64,000 nucleotides of DNA from Octopus vulgaris (GCA_951406725.2 OX597827.1:6324001-6388000); one strand, 5' to 3'; numbered from the stretch's first letter, positions 13,340-28,581 are shown. Numbers and translations: made by a program. The notes: generated by a model not told the origin, from the sequence alone.

Positions 13340-14170
13340 AGAGCCAAGGCTAAAGCAATCAGAGCCAAGAGATGCCCAAAGTTTCTGTCATTCATGAAGC
13401 ATCAAGGTAAAGAGAAAACTCTCGTGTTTGTGGATGAGAACAAGGTCACTGTGGATGCTGAGGTAAATCGTATAAATTCTTGAGTGATTGTATACAATCC
13501 TTCTGATGTTTCCCTGTGTTCGAGTCTAAGAATCCTGTCTCTGTGATGGTATTTGGAGTCGTGGTGAGTGATGGAAGTGTTTATGGATCCACATTTCATT
13601 GAGTCTGGCTTTAAGATTGGCACAAAGGAGTATCCGGACATCCTGAAGAATACTTTGTTACCCTGGATGGAGCAGAAGTTTGGGCTTAACAATGTGGTAC
13701 TAATCCAGGATTCTGCACCATGCCATGGCTCAAAAGCAACTCAGGCCTTCTTTGGTGAGAAGGTGCTATTTTTTGTGAGGGCAAACATCCGGCCCAGTAA
13801 AGCCCAGTTCTCAACCTTTTCGATTACTTTGTATGGAGCATGCTTTAAGCAAGGACCAATTTTAAAATATTTTTGTTTTTTTTAATAATATTTTTGTTGT
13901 TTTTATAAAATCTCAGAAAATAATTAAAAATTCACATTTTTTGTCAAATTATTTTGTTATATTTGTCCATCTATCCAACTGTTTACAGTTTGAAGACCTG
14001 CATTGCAAGTGTAACACACAAAATGAAAAGGCAGAGGTTGTGGCATCTGCAAAAAAATTTCGTCCTCTATATTACATTAAAATTATATCTGTCTACAACC
14101 ATTATTTTAGTATTTATAACCAGTTTTATGCATCGTAAAAATCGTCTCAATTAATCTGCAAGACACCGTA

Positions 14171-14172
<2 letters not shown>
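13340..14172 (+). mobile_element. Tc1/mariner remnant, probably DD37D (maT-like)
   Basis: LVFVDENKVTVD...MDPHFIESGFKIG...VLIQDSAPCHGSKATQAF...frameshifted PS..P..N.FDYFVW; ends ...CTGCAAGACACCGTA-TA. Confidence 0.75.
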
Positions 14173-14246
<74 letters not shown>

Positions 14247-14248
14247 AA

Positions 14249-14354
<106 letters not shown>

Positions 14355-14639
14355 TATATCACTTAATCACTCAGCCACACCTGCACTTCCCCCCAGCTAT
14401 TCCTATGCCTCTATGTGCATGTATGTATGTATGTATGTACGTCATTCTTCAATTTTATTTCAAGATTTCTTGCCAATAGAGAAAGAGTCGGTTTTTAACC
14501 AAGATCCAAGGCTCCTTAATTGGAATTGCAACATCAACAACAGGGTATGTTATGTATGTATGTATGTATGTATGTATGTATGTTATGTATGTATGTATGT
14601 ATGTATGTATGTTATGTATGTATGTATGTATGTATGTAC

Positions 14640-15240
14640 GTGTGCAGGTTTGTATGTTTTGCTTTATGTAAGTATTCTCATGTATATAGTTGCATATCTA
14701 GACACGCTCATACATACTTAAATGATAAACTTCTGCAAAGTTTTACAGATTTTTACAGTTCCAGTGATGGATTGGATCTGTAGTCTTTGAATTAGCTTTC
14801 TCCTTTCTGGTTTTGAGAAGCCTAATTTCTCAAGATTGATATTTAGACAGTGTATTACATATCCCAGGCCCCCAATAACTACAAACCTGAACTTATAATC
14901 TAGATAGAGTAACAGCAGATTTCTCAATAGTTCAGTGTAGGTATTATCTATTTTACTGATCTTCAGCTTTTTGTTAACACCCATTAGGCAGCTGATTTCC
15001 ACAACTTTTCTTTATACCAAATCATTATATCAGGTCGGCCCTTCTTACAGTTTACTGAGGTCTTCACTGGTACATTCCTCTAGTACTCTTCTTTATTATG
15101 AGTGGCTATGGCTTCTACCATACTGTGGGTTCTTATTTCTTTGTCCTCGGAGTCATCCTTCTGATGGATTTCATTACAGAGTGCCCTAGCTACAACAACA
15201 TCTCTCATCAGAAGATAATATTGTGATGATATTTTCAGTG
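14640..15240 (-). mobile_element. 3' fragment of a REL-endonuclease non-LTR retrotransposon (R4/Dong/NeSL-like) inside (TATG)n
   Basis: RPDIMIW..VVEISC...VVIGGLGYV...LQIQSITGTVKICKTLQKFII*; upstream [18 protein letters not shown]. Both flanks are (TATG)n. Confidence 0.8.
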
Positions 15241-15587
15241 TATGTATATGTATGTATGTATGTATGTATGCATGCATGTATGTATGTATGTATGTATGTA
15301 TGTATGTATGTATGTATGTATGTATGTATGTATGCATGCATGCATGTATGTATGTATGCATGCATGTATGTATGTATGTATGTTTATATGTGTATGTATA
15401 TACATATATATACATACATATATATGTATACATACATAAATATATATATGTATATATATATATATATATATATACATACATACATATAGATACACAAACA
15501 TATATATATATATATATACACATACATATATGCATATTTATGTATATATATATATGTATATAAACATATGCGTATATATATATGTGT

Positions 15588-15626
<39 letters not shown>

Positions 15627-15674
15627 TATACATATACATATACGTATACATATATGTATACATACATGTATACA

Positions 15675-15709
<35 letters not shown>

Positions 15710-16054
15710 GCACACACGTATATACACATCAGTATACACACACACACATATGCACACACAGAATGTAAGATTATTTACTCACTTGGAAACAGGTACAGGT
15801 TAGCATCAGGAAGAATATTCAGCTTTAGTAAACTCTGCCTCAGTATCCTTTCATCTTACCCATGCAAGCATAAAAATGTGGACATTAATACACTGATGAT
15901 GATGATGACAATGATGTATATGTCTGTCTGTCTGTCTGCATGCATGTATGCACACACACACATATATATATATATTAGAAATATTTGGGGTGACATGTTT
16001 CTGCTTTTCCCGTATATAGAGTTGAGAGATTTACATTTTGGTAACTTTTTCCGG

Positions 16055-16089
<35 letters not shown>

Positions 16090-16528
16090 TATATATACAT
16101 ATATAGATATATGCTGGTAATTTCAATAACAGTTGTAAATTAAGTTTCATTCCAAATTTTTTCCGCTTATTTTTTTTACTTTTCTTTGATAAAGGGTATA
16201 AGCCAAACCATTAAAATCTCTTATTCTTTTCATTGAGCATATTTGTTTTCATTGTACACATTCTTTAATTGTTATTTCTTTAAAATTTTTTTAATCTCTT
16301 ATTCCACATTTCTGCTTTATCCATCTGTATGTGTGTGTGTACACATGTATGTATATATATGCATGTACACATGTATATGTGCATGAGCATGAATATGCAT
16401 ATATTCATACATACACATATATATATATATGTAAATGTATATATCTCTATATATACATATACATCATCATCATCATCATCATCATCGTTTAACGTCCGTT
16501 TTCCACGCTAGCACGGGTTACATATACA

Positions 16529-16588
<60 letters not shown>

Positions 16589-16761
16589 CATACACAAATA
16601 TGAAAACTGCATTGATTCAAGGCTCTGACCCCTTCATCTCTTCTTCAGTATAAGGTGTCAATATCCCTGTTCCTTGGAAGTTCCCATTTGATGTCACGAT
16701 CTTGTGGATTTTAATGTCTATAAAGTGAATTTTCTCTACAGACCAGTCAAGTGTCCCAAAT

Positions 16762-17890
16762 GTATGTATGTTTATGCATGCATGCATGCATGCATGTATG
16801 TATGTATGTATGTATGTATGTATGAATGAATCAATGTATGTATGCATGTATGTATGCATGCATGTATGCATGTATGTATGTATGTATGTATGCATGTATG
16901 TATGCATGCATGTATGTATGTATGTATGCATGTATGTATGTATGTATGTATGTATGTATGTATGTATGTATACATGTATGTATGCAAGTATGTATGCATG
17001 CATGTATGTATGTGTGTATGTATGCATGTATGTATGCATGCATGCATGTATGTATGTATGCATGTATGTATGTATGTATGTATGTATGTATGTATGTATG
17101 CATGTATGTATGTATGTATGTATGTATGTATACATGTATGTATGCAAGTATGTATGCATGCATGTATGTATGTGTGTATGTATGCATGTATGTATGCATG
17201 CATGCATGTATGTATGTATGCATGTATGTATGTATGTATGTATGTATGTATGTATGTATGTATGTATGCATGTATGCATGTATGTATGTATGTATGTATG
17301 TATGTATACATGTATGTATGCAAGTATGTATGCATGCATGTATGTATGTGTGTATGTATGCATGTATGTATGCATGCATGCATGTATGTATGTATGTATG
17401 TATGCATGTATGTATGTATGTATGTATGTATGTATGTATGCATGTATGCATGTATGTATGTATGTATGTATGTATGTATACATGTATGTATGCAAGTATG
17501 TATGCATGCATGTATGTATGTGTATGTATGCATGTATGTATGTATGCATGCATGTATGTATGTATGTATGTATGTATGTATGTATGTATGTATGCATGTA
17601 TGCATGTATGTATGTATGTATGTATGTATGTATGTATGTATGCATGCATGTATGTATGTATGTATGCATGTATGTATGTATGTATGTATGCATGCATGCA
17701 TGTATGTATGTGTGTATGCATGCATGCATGTATGTATGCATGCATGCATGTATGTATGTATGTATGCATGCACGCATGCATGTATGCATGCATGCATGAA
17801 TGTGTGTATGTATGTATACATGTATGTATGCAAGTATGTATGTATGTATGTATGTATGTGTGTGTGGATGTATATATGTATGTATGCACA
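16762..17890. repeat. (TATG/CATG)n compound array with ~170-bp higher-order period
   Basis: Marker CAAG at 16985, 17145, 17321, 17493, 17831. Confidence 0.95.
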
Positions 17891-18464
17891 TGTTATTGAT
17901 GTATTTATTTATCTGTTATGTTTATGTACAAAAGCAGCAACCTGGCAGAGTCTCTGTACGTGTGTGTGTGTTTGTGTGTGTGTTTGTGTGTTTGTGTGTG
18001 TGTGTGTGTGTGTACCCGTGAGTCTAAGTAAACCGTTGTATATCGGCATGACAAGATGCAAAACTTTATACCAATGCACAAAAATTTATTTTAGCCGTAT
18101 GATAAATAGACATTAATAAAATAAGTATAGGGAATAAGCGTGGTATAATTGACCAAAAAACCTTTGATGGGGATCCCCAACTTGGCCAAAGTCTAACGAC
18201 CGTAACTAGTAAAAGGGTGGAAGAACATGGTGTGGGAAGCCAATCAGTTGACACCATTCCGTTGATGATGCTTACAAGCTTTCTGAGTGTCACTATAATT
18301 TTGCAATTTGCTTTAAGCAATGTTTTGCAGGTTATGGCCTCGAAATTCCTTTTCTAATTTCGGCATCAGAGAAAGTCATCTGAAGAAATTGGTAAATTAT
18401 AAGTTTTGCTATTTGTTTCTTGTTTGAAGAATATCTATCATATACCTATGTACATATTTCTGCC

Positions 18465-19010
18465 TCAGTGTGTGCTTCTGTATTTGTGTGTGTGTATGTG
18501 TGCATTGTGTGTGTGTGTGTGCATTGTGTGTGTATGTAATTGTGTGTGTGTGAGTGTGTGTGTGTATGTGATTGTGTGATTGTGTGATTGTGTGTGTGTG
18601 TGTGATTGTGTATGTGTGTGTGTGTGCTTCTGTATTTGTGTGTGTATGTAATTGTGTGTGTGTGTGTGATTGTGTGTGTGTGTGTGATTGTGTATGTGTG
18701 TGTGTGTGTATGTGATTGTGTGATTGTGTGTGTGTGTGTGTGTGATTGTGTATGTGTGTGTGTACGTGCATGTGTGTGTGTGCGTGCATATATGTATATG
18801 TGATTGTGTGATTGTGTGTGTGTGTGTGTGAGTAATTGTGTCCATGGATGTGTATGCATGTGCATGTGCATGTGTGTATGAGTGTGCATGTGTGTGTGTG
18901 TATGTGTGACCGTGAGTGTATTTGTGTGTGTGTGATTGTGTGCATGTGTGTGCAAGTGTGTGCATATGCGTGTATGTGATTGTGTGTGTGTGTCTGTATG
19001 TGTGTGTGTG
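18465..19010. repeat. Compound (TG)n/TGATTG array
   Basis: Direct reading. Confidence 0.9.
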
Positions 19011-19420
19011 TCAATGATTCAGGCCCAATCATGGCTGAGTTTCTTTTACTGTCTTCTTTTTACTTGTTTCACTCACTGGACTTTGGCCTTGCTGGAGCAC
19101 CATCTTTAATCCTTTAGCATTTAAACCAGCCATATCCAGCCTAAATATTCTACTTGTTTCATATTCAAACTGGCTAGATCCAGCCTCTCACACATACCCT
19201 GCAATGTCATTCTAAAAGTAAATAATCATATCATCGACTTCTCAAAGCTGCAAGGTTATGCATAATTAATTAAAAACAATGTGGATAATTAAAAATTACA
19301 ATTGACAGAGTAATTTGGATGCTAAATGATAAAGGGTTCAGTCAAATAAATCAACTTCAGTTTCTATTTTTAAGTCTGGAATTTATTCTATTGTTATTTT
19401 CATTGAACCACTTAGCAATG

Positions 19421-19733
19421 AGTGGAGGCACATGGCCTAGTGGTTAGAGCAGTGGACTCACGGTCGAGGGATTGTGGGTTTGAATCTTGGACCAGGCGAT
19501 GTGTGTGTTTATGAGCAAAACACCTAAGCTCCATGCGACTCTGGCAGAAGGTAATGGCAAACTTCTGCTGACTCTTTTGCCACAACTTTCTCTCACTCTT
19601 TCCTCCTGCATCTTGCAGCTCATCTGCGATGGACCGGCATCCCATCCAGGTGGGGAACCTACACACCAAGGAAACCAGGAAACCAGACCTTATGAGCCAG
19701 GCATGGCTCAAGAAGGAACAAAAGAAAGAAAAG
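19421..19733 (+). mobile_element. tRNA-derived SINE with V-like domain
   Basis: Head TGGCCTAGTGGTTAGAGC..GGTTTGAATC, GCGATGGACCGGCATCCCATCCAGG, 11-bp TSD ACTTAGCAATG. Confidence 0.85.
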
Positions 19734-21008
19734 ACTTAGCAATGGGAACATAAACAAACCAACACCATTAAGAAGATTTTTCTGTTTTTGCAAACTCAAG
19801 GTCTTAGGTTCAATCCCTCTGCATAGCAGAATGGAGCTTTGAGTGGATTTAAGAAATGTAAATGAAATTAGATAGAAAATATATACCTATTTCTTCACTA
19901 CCCACAAGGGGCTAAAGACAGAGAGGACAAACAAGGACAGACAAACGGATTAAGTCGATTATATCGACCCCAGTGCGTAACTGGTACTTAATTTATCGAC
20001 CCTGAAAGGATGAAAAGCAAAGTCGACTTTGGCGGAATTTGAACTCAGAACATAACGGCAGACAAAATACGGCTACACATTCAATAATTAAATATTATAC
20101 CTGTCATTCCAAGGGCTAGTTTTGTTGTACACTGTGTCACATTAAGTTGTTTGAGTAAATCGTTAAAGGTGGTACCCCAGCAAGGGTACTGTCCAAATAA
20201 ACCCTGAGGACTACATTAAGAGTATATGTTTTAGTGCAATGGCCATGCAGGCTAATATAATAATGAATCAGTTGTTCATTTGATGGAACAGCTGAATACT
20301 GATTAGTGAAATAAACAGCGGATCCATTTACTTACATGTGTAACAATATGTTTGTATCAGTACAAATGCAAACACACACACATTCATATACACATATGAA
20401 TTAATATAGGAACAATATAGTAACAATGATATATAAGGATGTCATATTTTGTCAAGCAGGAGAGCTGAACTTGTAACATCTATCAAAGGGGGGGGGGTGA
20501 ACATTAAGGACGAAAAATAATGATACACATATAGACATACACATAGTAAATATATGAGTATTTATATGTCTATGTATGTGTATGTCTATATGTATGTATG
20601 TATACACACACACAAGTATATATATATAGTATAAGGGGTTGTGCATATGTATATGTATACATGTTTGTATAACTATCTTTCTGTCTGTTTATCGATCTAT
20701 CTATTTATCTATCTATCACAATACACACACACACATACAGACATGTTTACAAATATCCTCTCACATATCCTACATATATACAAACACACACACATGCACA
20801 CACACACACAACACACACACACACACACACACACGCACGCGCACACACACATATATGAGGCCTGGATTTTTGTGTGTGGGAGGGACAATAGATCACATCG
20901 ATCCCAGTACATGACTGGTACTTAATTTATCGACCCTGAAAGGATGAAAGAATAATGTTGTGGTGCACCTGAGCACTGTATACAATAATTTCATTATATA
21001 CATATAAT

Positions 21009-21040
<32 letters not shown>

Positions 21041-22096
21041 CACACTTATATATATAAGTGTGTGTATGTGTGCATGTGTGTTTGCATGGCATGTGTATGC
21101 ATGTGCATGTCTGTGTATGTATGTGTGTGCATGTGAATTTGTGTATTCTTGTGTCACTGTCATACAAGCAGTGTGTCATTCCTTTCTAATATTCTGCAAA
21201 ATCACGTCTGATTTACCTTGTTTGGAAACAGATAAGGATTGGCACTAGGAAGGGCATCTACCCATAGACAATCTGCCTCAATAAAATCTGTCTAACTCAT
21301 GCAAACATGGAAAGCTAAATGTTAAAGTGATGATGAAGAAATACAAATGACAACTGCTGCCACTAATGTATGGCAGTCAAAGAAATTGCACGATTCATCT
21401 TATGGTCCTGAATACTATTCTTGGTTTTCTTTGTTGCAACTACTAACATGTATATACATAATTAAATACGAGCGCGATCATTGACAGACTGGCTTCCATC
21501 CCAGTAGCACTTAAAAGGCACCATTCGAGCATGATTGTAACCAGCATCACTTTACTGGCACTCGAGCCCCGTGCTAGTAGGGTATTAAGAGCACCATCCA
21601 AGCGTGATCATTGCCAGAGCGGCTATCTGGCATCCGTGCCGGTGGCACGTAAAAGACACCATTCGAGCATGATCATTACCAGCATCGCCTTACTGGCACC
21701 TGTGCCAGTGGCATGTGTAAAGGATTCGAGCGAGGTCGTTGCCAGTACCGCCTGACTGGCCCTGTGCCGGTGGCATGTAAAAACACCCACTACACTCTCG
21801 GAGTGGTTGGCGTTAGGAAGGGCATCCAGCTGTAGAAGCTCTACCAGATCAAGATTGAGGCCTGATGCAGCCATCTGGTTCGCCAGTCCTCAGTCAAACC
21901 ATCCAACCCATGCCAGCATGGAAAGCAGACGTTAAACGATGATGATGATGAAATACATACTTGAATATACACAAGTACAGACTGAAGCTAGAAGAAGCCA
22001 TCAAGCCATAAAATCTGTCTCAAACAGCACCTTTTTAGCCTATACCAGAAAAGAAAGAAATGAATGAACAATTGAACAAGTGAACATGTATGTATC

Positions 22097-22392
22097 TATA
22101 TTGTATAGAGGGCATTATTACACATAAATGCTTCACACTAAGAGGGACATAAGTCATTACTACCAAAATTTCACTAATCGTACCTAATGCAGTTTTCAAA
22201 GCAAGACATTTAAAAAATGAATTTATCTGTAATAATGCCCTCTATACAATATAAATTAATATTTTCAAAAGAAAAAAATTATTTTCGAAAATTTTTCTCT
22301 TATGAGGTTTTTCACACTAACTACCTGATAATTTCTTGTTAAGATTCCTTATTAAGAAGTTATCCTTAATTGTTAAATGTATGTATCTATAT
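22097..22392. mobile_element. Short insertion with internal 26-bp perfect inverted repeat and ~16-bp flanking duplication
   Basis: TATATTGTATAGAGGGCATTATTACA at 22097-22122 and its reverse complement at 22228-22253. ATGTATGTATCTATAT at 22086 and 22377. Confidence 0.6.
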
Positions 22393-23827
22393 ATATATAA
22401 TAGGAAGTAACGATGATGTAGAAATGGTCTATTTGATCAAGGAACTGTGAAGTTGCTGAGTCATAAACTGTAAAGTTGAAAATTAATATAGTAACAATAA
22501 TATATAGGGATGTCGTATTTTGTCAAGCGGGAGAGCTGGACTTGTAACATCTATCAAAGTGGAGGGTGAACATTAAGGAGGAAAAATAATGATAAAATGA
22601 AATGATTGGATGAGAAATAAAATAGAAATAAAGCAGAGAGAGAGTGGGGGAGTGAAAGACAGTGATAGAAAGAGAGGGGTAGAAAGAAAGAGCTGGACAG
22701 AGCTAGGCGAAAGAGAGAGGGAGAAACACTTTGTCACAGAGACAAAGTGAAAGAGAGAAAGAGAGAAAGAGATGAAAGAAGACAAAAAAATGTATTGTTT
22801 ATTTATTTAAATATTTCAAGGTTGCTTGTGTGTGTCTGTTTGTTTTGCTGTGAAATTTTTGGTATTTAAGTGGAAGCATTGTGGATAGAAATTATCGCTC
22901 CTTCATATACATGATGATAATTTTTGATACAATATTTTACACTGTGAAATTTAAACAACAAATATATCTGAAAAAAAAAAAAGAAAAAGAAAAAGGGAAA
23001 CAACACAACAAAATAAAACAACACCAACAACAACAGCAAGGATAAGTGACAATACAAATAACTCTTCCCTTTTTACCAACCAAGAAGAAATTATATTGAA
23101 AAATATCTTGTAATTACTTCCATAAATATTTGAAATTTATTTAGAATAATGAAGTTAGAGAAGAAGTTGCTTTATGTTTATTACTGACATTATTTTATTA
23201 ACTGAAAACTTTTAAAAATCCCTCAACAAAAGCATGTGGGAACCTTCCGTTTTGTTGATCAAGAAATATATTGCACGAAAGAGAGCCGATAAAATTCAAT
23301 TAAGGCACAGCCTTGCATGAATTTTAATTTAGTAAATAGTGTTAAAAGAGTGATACGTTGATGTTTCCTTTTAAAAGAGTTTGATGAGAATTAATGTCTT
23401 ATATTATTCTATCTAGTTTAAAAATCTAGCAAAAGGGGAAAAAGAAAAAAAAGAAAAAAAAGAAGAAGTAAAGAGCATAATCAATAATTTTAGAATTACC
23501 TAATAATGTCAATATTCTATTCATGAACATCTCAAAGGAGAAATTTTCAATGTGTCATAGTTGATTTTTCACATAATATTTTATAAACAATATTTTTGCT
23601 TCTTATTGTTGTTATTGTTGTTTGCTGGTTGTAAGTTTTCAATAGTTATGAGCTGCTGTGTTTATGACATGTTGCTAATGTCACAAACATTGAAATCAAG
23701 CCAGAATGCTGATAACAAAATTTACCCTTTGATCTTCCTTCTGCAAACTGAGTTTGCAATTTTTAAGGGGCCAAAAATATTTCTTTCAAACCCAGCATGA
23801 ATGATAAGATATATACATACACACATG

Positions 23828-23869
<42 letters not shown>

Positions 23870-24388
23870 CATGCATGGGTGTATATATGTATGTATATAT
23901 TTAAACACATACACAATCACCCAACACACACACACACATGTATATGCATACACATACATACATAGATAGGTACACAAATGGACACATTTATACATATATA
24001 TATGCATACACATACTTACAAACTTACAATTACAAGCTATTAATGGGAATGTAAAACATGCAAAGCTTTCAGGAAGTTGAATATGTAGTATGTACTCCTA
24101 CATAAGTCGAAATATATGTGAATTCATATACAGTCAATAAAATGTCTGCACGTAAACATATATGTGCACACACACACACACACACACAGGCACACATGCA
24201 TATGCTCATACATATGCACACATACACACGTGCATGCACAAACATTATTTTGCTTCTGAATTTGTTATGCAAGACTTGATGTGAAAAGGCATGTTGACAG
24301 ATTTTTGTTAAATTTTAGGAGGGTCATTTTGCCAATAGAAATGCACTTATTGGTTCTGTAACAGCTTTTATTGCTATTATTATCATCA

Positions 24389-24435
<47 letters not shown>

Positions 24436-24569
24436 GTTGTTGTTATCTTTTTTTTCTTCTTCTTTCAAATTTGCTTCCATTTCTTGCCGAGTGTCTTCCC
24501 AACTCCTAGGGCAAAGAAACTCATAGTATACATTGGTAGGCCATTAAACTAAACTCACTAGTTCGTTAA

Positions 24570-24654
<85 letters not shown>

Positions 24655-24658
<4 letters not shown>

Positions 24659-24855
24659 TTAGTTTTATTTTTATAGCGTGCTTTCACTTCACTACTGAGC
24701 ACAGCTCTGTGTGCCTTAGGTATGTGCTGTGATTTATTGTGATGCTCTGATGGTTATTGTATGGAAAGTGTTCTGCGTAGGATGTGTGCAGTGCCTAGTA
24801 GTGCAATTTTCTGTATGTTATATGTGTTTGTAAGTCCTGGTGTTTTTGTTATGTA
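24655..24855 (-). mobile_element. R4/Dong-type LINE 3' end inside (TAA)n
   Basis: 24852-24754 reads ITKTPGLTNTYNIQKIALLGTAHILRRTLSIQ*, flanked by (ATT)n on both sides. Confidence 0.8.
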
Positions 24856-24856
24856 A

Positions 24857-24958
<102 letters not shown>

Positions 24959-25324
24959 CATCATCATCAGCAGCATTGTTATTATTATTGAATGAGAGAG
25001 TAGTGCATGTCATGACATTGACAGTGGGGTACAATTATACGAAGCCAAATATACCCACCATGAACCACCCTTCTGATAAGTGTACACCAGACATCTATTT
25101 AGCAACAATATGTGCACAACATAACGATTTCATATCAAGATAACAGCCCAGTTAAAATTTTCTTCAGGTCAGGTAGACTATCTTGCTCAAGGGGTCCCTG
25201 AATAAGGGTTGTTTAAGGATATTGAATGAACCACCCATGTTTCCAGAGAGGAGTTATTTAAACACCAAAGAGTCCCTCTCAACACATGGATATGATGCTC
25301 CTCCACAATGTGCCCTCTCATGAT

Positions 25325-25567
25325 GCCCTACAAAGTCAGAAAACAACACAGCTCCCATGACTTTCGGAAACATTTTTTCACGCTCAGAGTTGCTGAAGCA
25401 TGGAATAAACTGCCTGCGTCAGTTGTTGACTGCCATGACACTGCATCCTTTAAGGCCTTCATGCTTTCCGAAATCCGCCGAAACTACACCTGATTATATA
25501 TACACTTTAGATGAGTTGTAGTGCACCTGAGCACTGTACACAATTATTATTATTATTATTATTATTA
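25325..25567 (+). mobile_element. CR1-type LINE 3' end nested in an (AAT)n-associated repeat (~24980-25650)
   Basis: PYKVRKQ..FRKHFFTLRVAEAWNKLPASVV..SFK*, tail GTGCACCTGAGCACTGTA(ATT)n, also seen at ~20957-21000. Confidence 0.8.
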
Positions 25568-25909
25568 TGATCAGAGATGCACATATTGTCAGCCACCAAT
25601 AGACATACATACTCAACTGGTTAAGGTCAAACAACTAACCCAATGCTTTGATCACAATAGGGACAACCTTTGTGTTTGACTCACGTAGCTGCTACATCTT
25701 AGCGATCTCAATTTTCGGGTCTCCATATTTACCAATTTTTTCCCTTTCTTTCATGATAATATGTTGATTTCCTGGCTCTGCACCCTTTCCACCAGCCCTT
25801 TTACATTCTGTTTGAAAAGTGTCAAAGTTAGATTTGCTTTCCATCCCTCTCTGGAGTTGATAAAAACGAAGCCTAAGTCAGGTGCTGAGGTTGATGTAAT
25901 TGACCAAAC

Positions 25910-25925
25910 GTCATCATCATCATCG

Positions 25926-25958
<33 letters not shown>

Positions 25959-25973
25959 CCGGCATCACCATCG

Positions 25974-26036
<63 letters not shown>

Positions 26037-26065
26037 CCATCATCATCATCACCATCATCATCACC

Positions 26066-26096
<31 letters not shown>

Positions 26097-26129
26097 CCGT
26101 CACCGTCATCGTCATCGTCATCGTCGTCG

Positions 26130-26174
<45 letters not shown>

Positions 26175-26189
26175 CCGGCATCACCATCG

Positions 26190-26222
<33 letters not shown>

Positions 26223-26236
26223 CCACCACCACCATC

Positions 26237-26312
<76 letters not shown>

Positions 26313-26349
26313 CCGTCACCGTCATCGTCATCGTCATCATCGTCGTCAT

Positions 26350-26406
<57 letters not shown>
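25910..26406. repeat. (CAT/CAC/CGT)n then (CAG)n, with a 216-bp internal duplication
   Basis: CACCGGCATCACC recurs 216 bp apart. Confidence 0.95.
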
Positions 26407-26409
<3 letters not shown>

Positions 26410-27349
26410 CTGGATATTACTGTCACAAGTCCCTAGAGCTCACAGGGCTGGGTTACCCAGCTTCTGTGGCATATGAATGACTAAGAGTATGATATTCGCC
26501 ATAGTTGGGATGCCAGTCTGTCACAGGTTTATGCATTTAAAGTTGAGTGAACTGGGACAGTGTGAAATGAAGTGCTTTACTCAAGAACACAACACACATT
26601 GTGCCCAGTCCTGGAATCAAAAGCACAAATTTTGTGATGACAAGTGCAAGCCTTTAACCACTTGACCATGTACCTTCATTAACTGATGAAACCCCTACCA
26701 CTAACATTGCTGACTTTATTGACCCCAGATGGATGAATGGCAAAAATTGACTTTTTTTGGCTTTGAACACAGTTTGCAATTAGTTAGAATAAAATAAGTA
26801 CTGTTAAGCATTATGCCTGATACTCTAATAACTCAGCCAGGTCAAAGGTTAGATTTCACTAGATTTATGCTTGAATGTCATGTTTGGCTCCCTTCAATTC
26901 AGAGTGAATCTTGATTGATTATAGTTTCAATATTCACCACATTAAATGTGTTAGTCCTTGCCATATGAAGTAACATTATCATCATTTAACGTCCACTTTT
27001 CCATGTAAGCATGAGTCAGATGGAATTAGTTGGAGCAGATGTTTTACAGCAAGATACCCTTCCTGTTACCAACTGTCCCCTGTTTCTAAGCAAGGTAATA
27101 TTTCCCATGGCCAGACATTTTTTCTTTTTTTTGCAGAAGACTAAAAAGGAACAACCTTGCTTGTATGATGGTGATGCTCATTTACAACTATCACATGATG
27201 TCTAGGCAAGTGTACACGCACACATGTGCATACACACACATATACTAAATCTACTCATACACACACCACACATTCACACACACATATATATATATATATA
27301 TGCATACATATATATTTATGCATACAAACACACATACTCACACATATAT

Positions 27350-27781
27350 ATGTATGTATGTATGGATGGATGGATAGATGGATGGATGGATGTATGTATG
27401 TATCTATGTGTGTATGTATGTATGTATGTATGTATGTATGTATGTATGTATGTATGAATGTATGTATGTACGTATGTTTGTATGTATGTATGTATGTATG
27501 TATGTATGCATGCATGTATGTATGTATGTATGTATGCATGTATGTATGTATGTATGTATGTACGTATGCACGTCTATATGTATGCATGCATGTATGTATG
27601 TATGTATGTATATATGTATGCATGCATGCATGTATGTATGTATGTATGTATGTATGTATGTATGTATGTATGTATGTATGTATGTATGTATGCATGCATG
27701 TATGTGTGTATGTATGTAATATGTATGTATGTATGTATGTATGTATATATGTATGCATGCATGTATGTGTGTATGTATGTA

Positions 27782-27812
<31 letters not shown>

Positions 27813-27814
27813 TG

Positions 27815-27848
<34 letters not shown>

Positions 27849-27966
27849 TGTATGTATGTATGTATGTATGTATGTATGTATGTATGTATGTATGTATGTA
27901 TGCATGTATGTATGTATGTATGTATGTATGTATGTATGCATGTGTGTATGTGAGTATGTATGTATG

Positions 27967-28000
<34 letters not shown>

Positions 28001-28015
28001 TGTATGTATGTATAT
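27350..28015. repeat. (TATG)n array
   Basis: Direct reading. Confidence 0.95.
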
Positions 28016-28581
28016 ATGCACATATTCATACAGTGGGCTTGTTTCATTTTCCCATACACTAACAAGGCTTTGGTCATCCCGAAGCTGTAGCAGAACACAC
28101 TTACCAAAGGTGCCATGCTGTGGGACTGAACCTAAGATCACATGGTCTGGAAGCTTCTTCTAAACTACACAGCCATACCTGCAACTATTTCTAAAGCAAA
28201 TCCTTATACACAGACTTTTCACCAATACATCACAAAATATTAGTTTAGAATCCATAAGAAGTTTAATACTAAAATTCTCCATAAATCAGCATTCTGCAAA
28301 AGAGAGTCGTGCTGGATATCGGGAATAAAACCATAAAGCTTATCTTTGGAACACAGGCGGCCACAGGCAATAATGTGACTGTTGAAACTTTGTTAGTTAT
28401 AGACTCATTCATATGTTAGATGTCAATTGGCCAAGCAGAATTTATTATCGGACACAGTCTGAAATAAGAAATAAGAACACACTGGCTAAGCTAGCTCCAA
28501 GCTAGGAAGATGAATGAAGGCAGTCAGATGATTCTATACCAAATCTTGAGTATGGAGTGCTTGACGCACTCAAAAAATTGC

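Noticed and set aside
16617-18116. Long ORFs (340-424 aa) of MYVC/HTYI repeats, and similar ORFs throughout
   Set aside because: Translations of stop-free microsatellites, open in several frames on both strands.
22150-22215. Additional hammerhead inside the 22.1-kb inverted repeat
   Set aside because: TTGAAAA...GAAA is present, but stem II and the UH site cannot be placed consistently.
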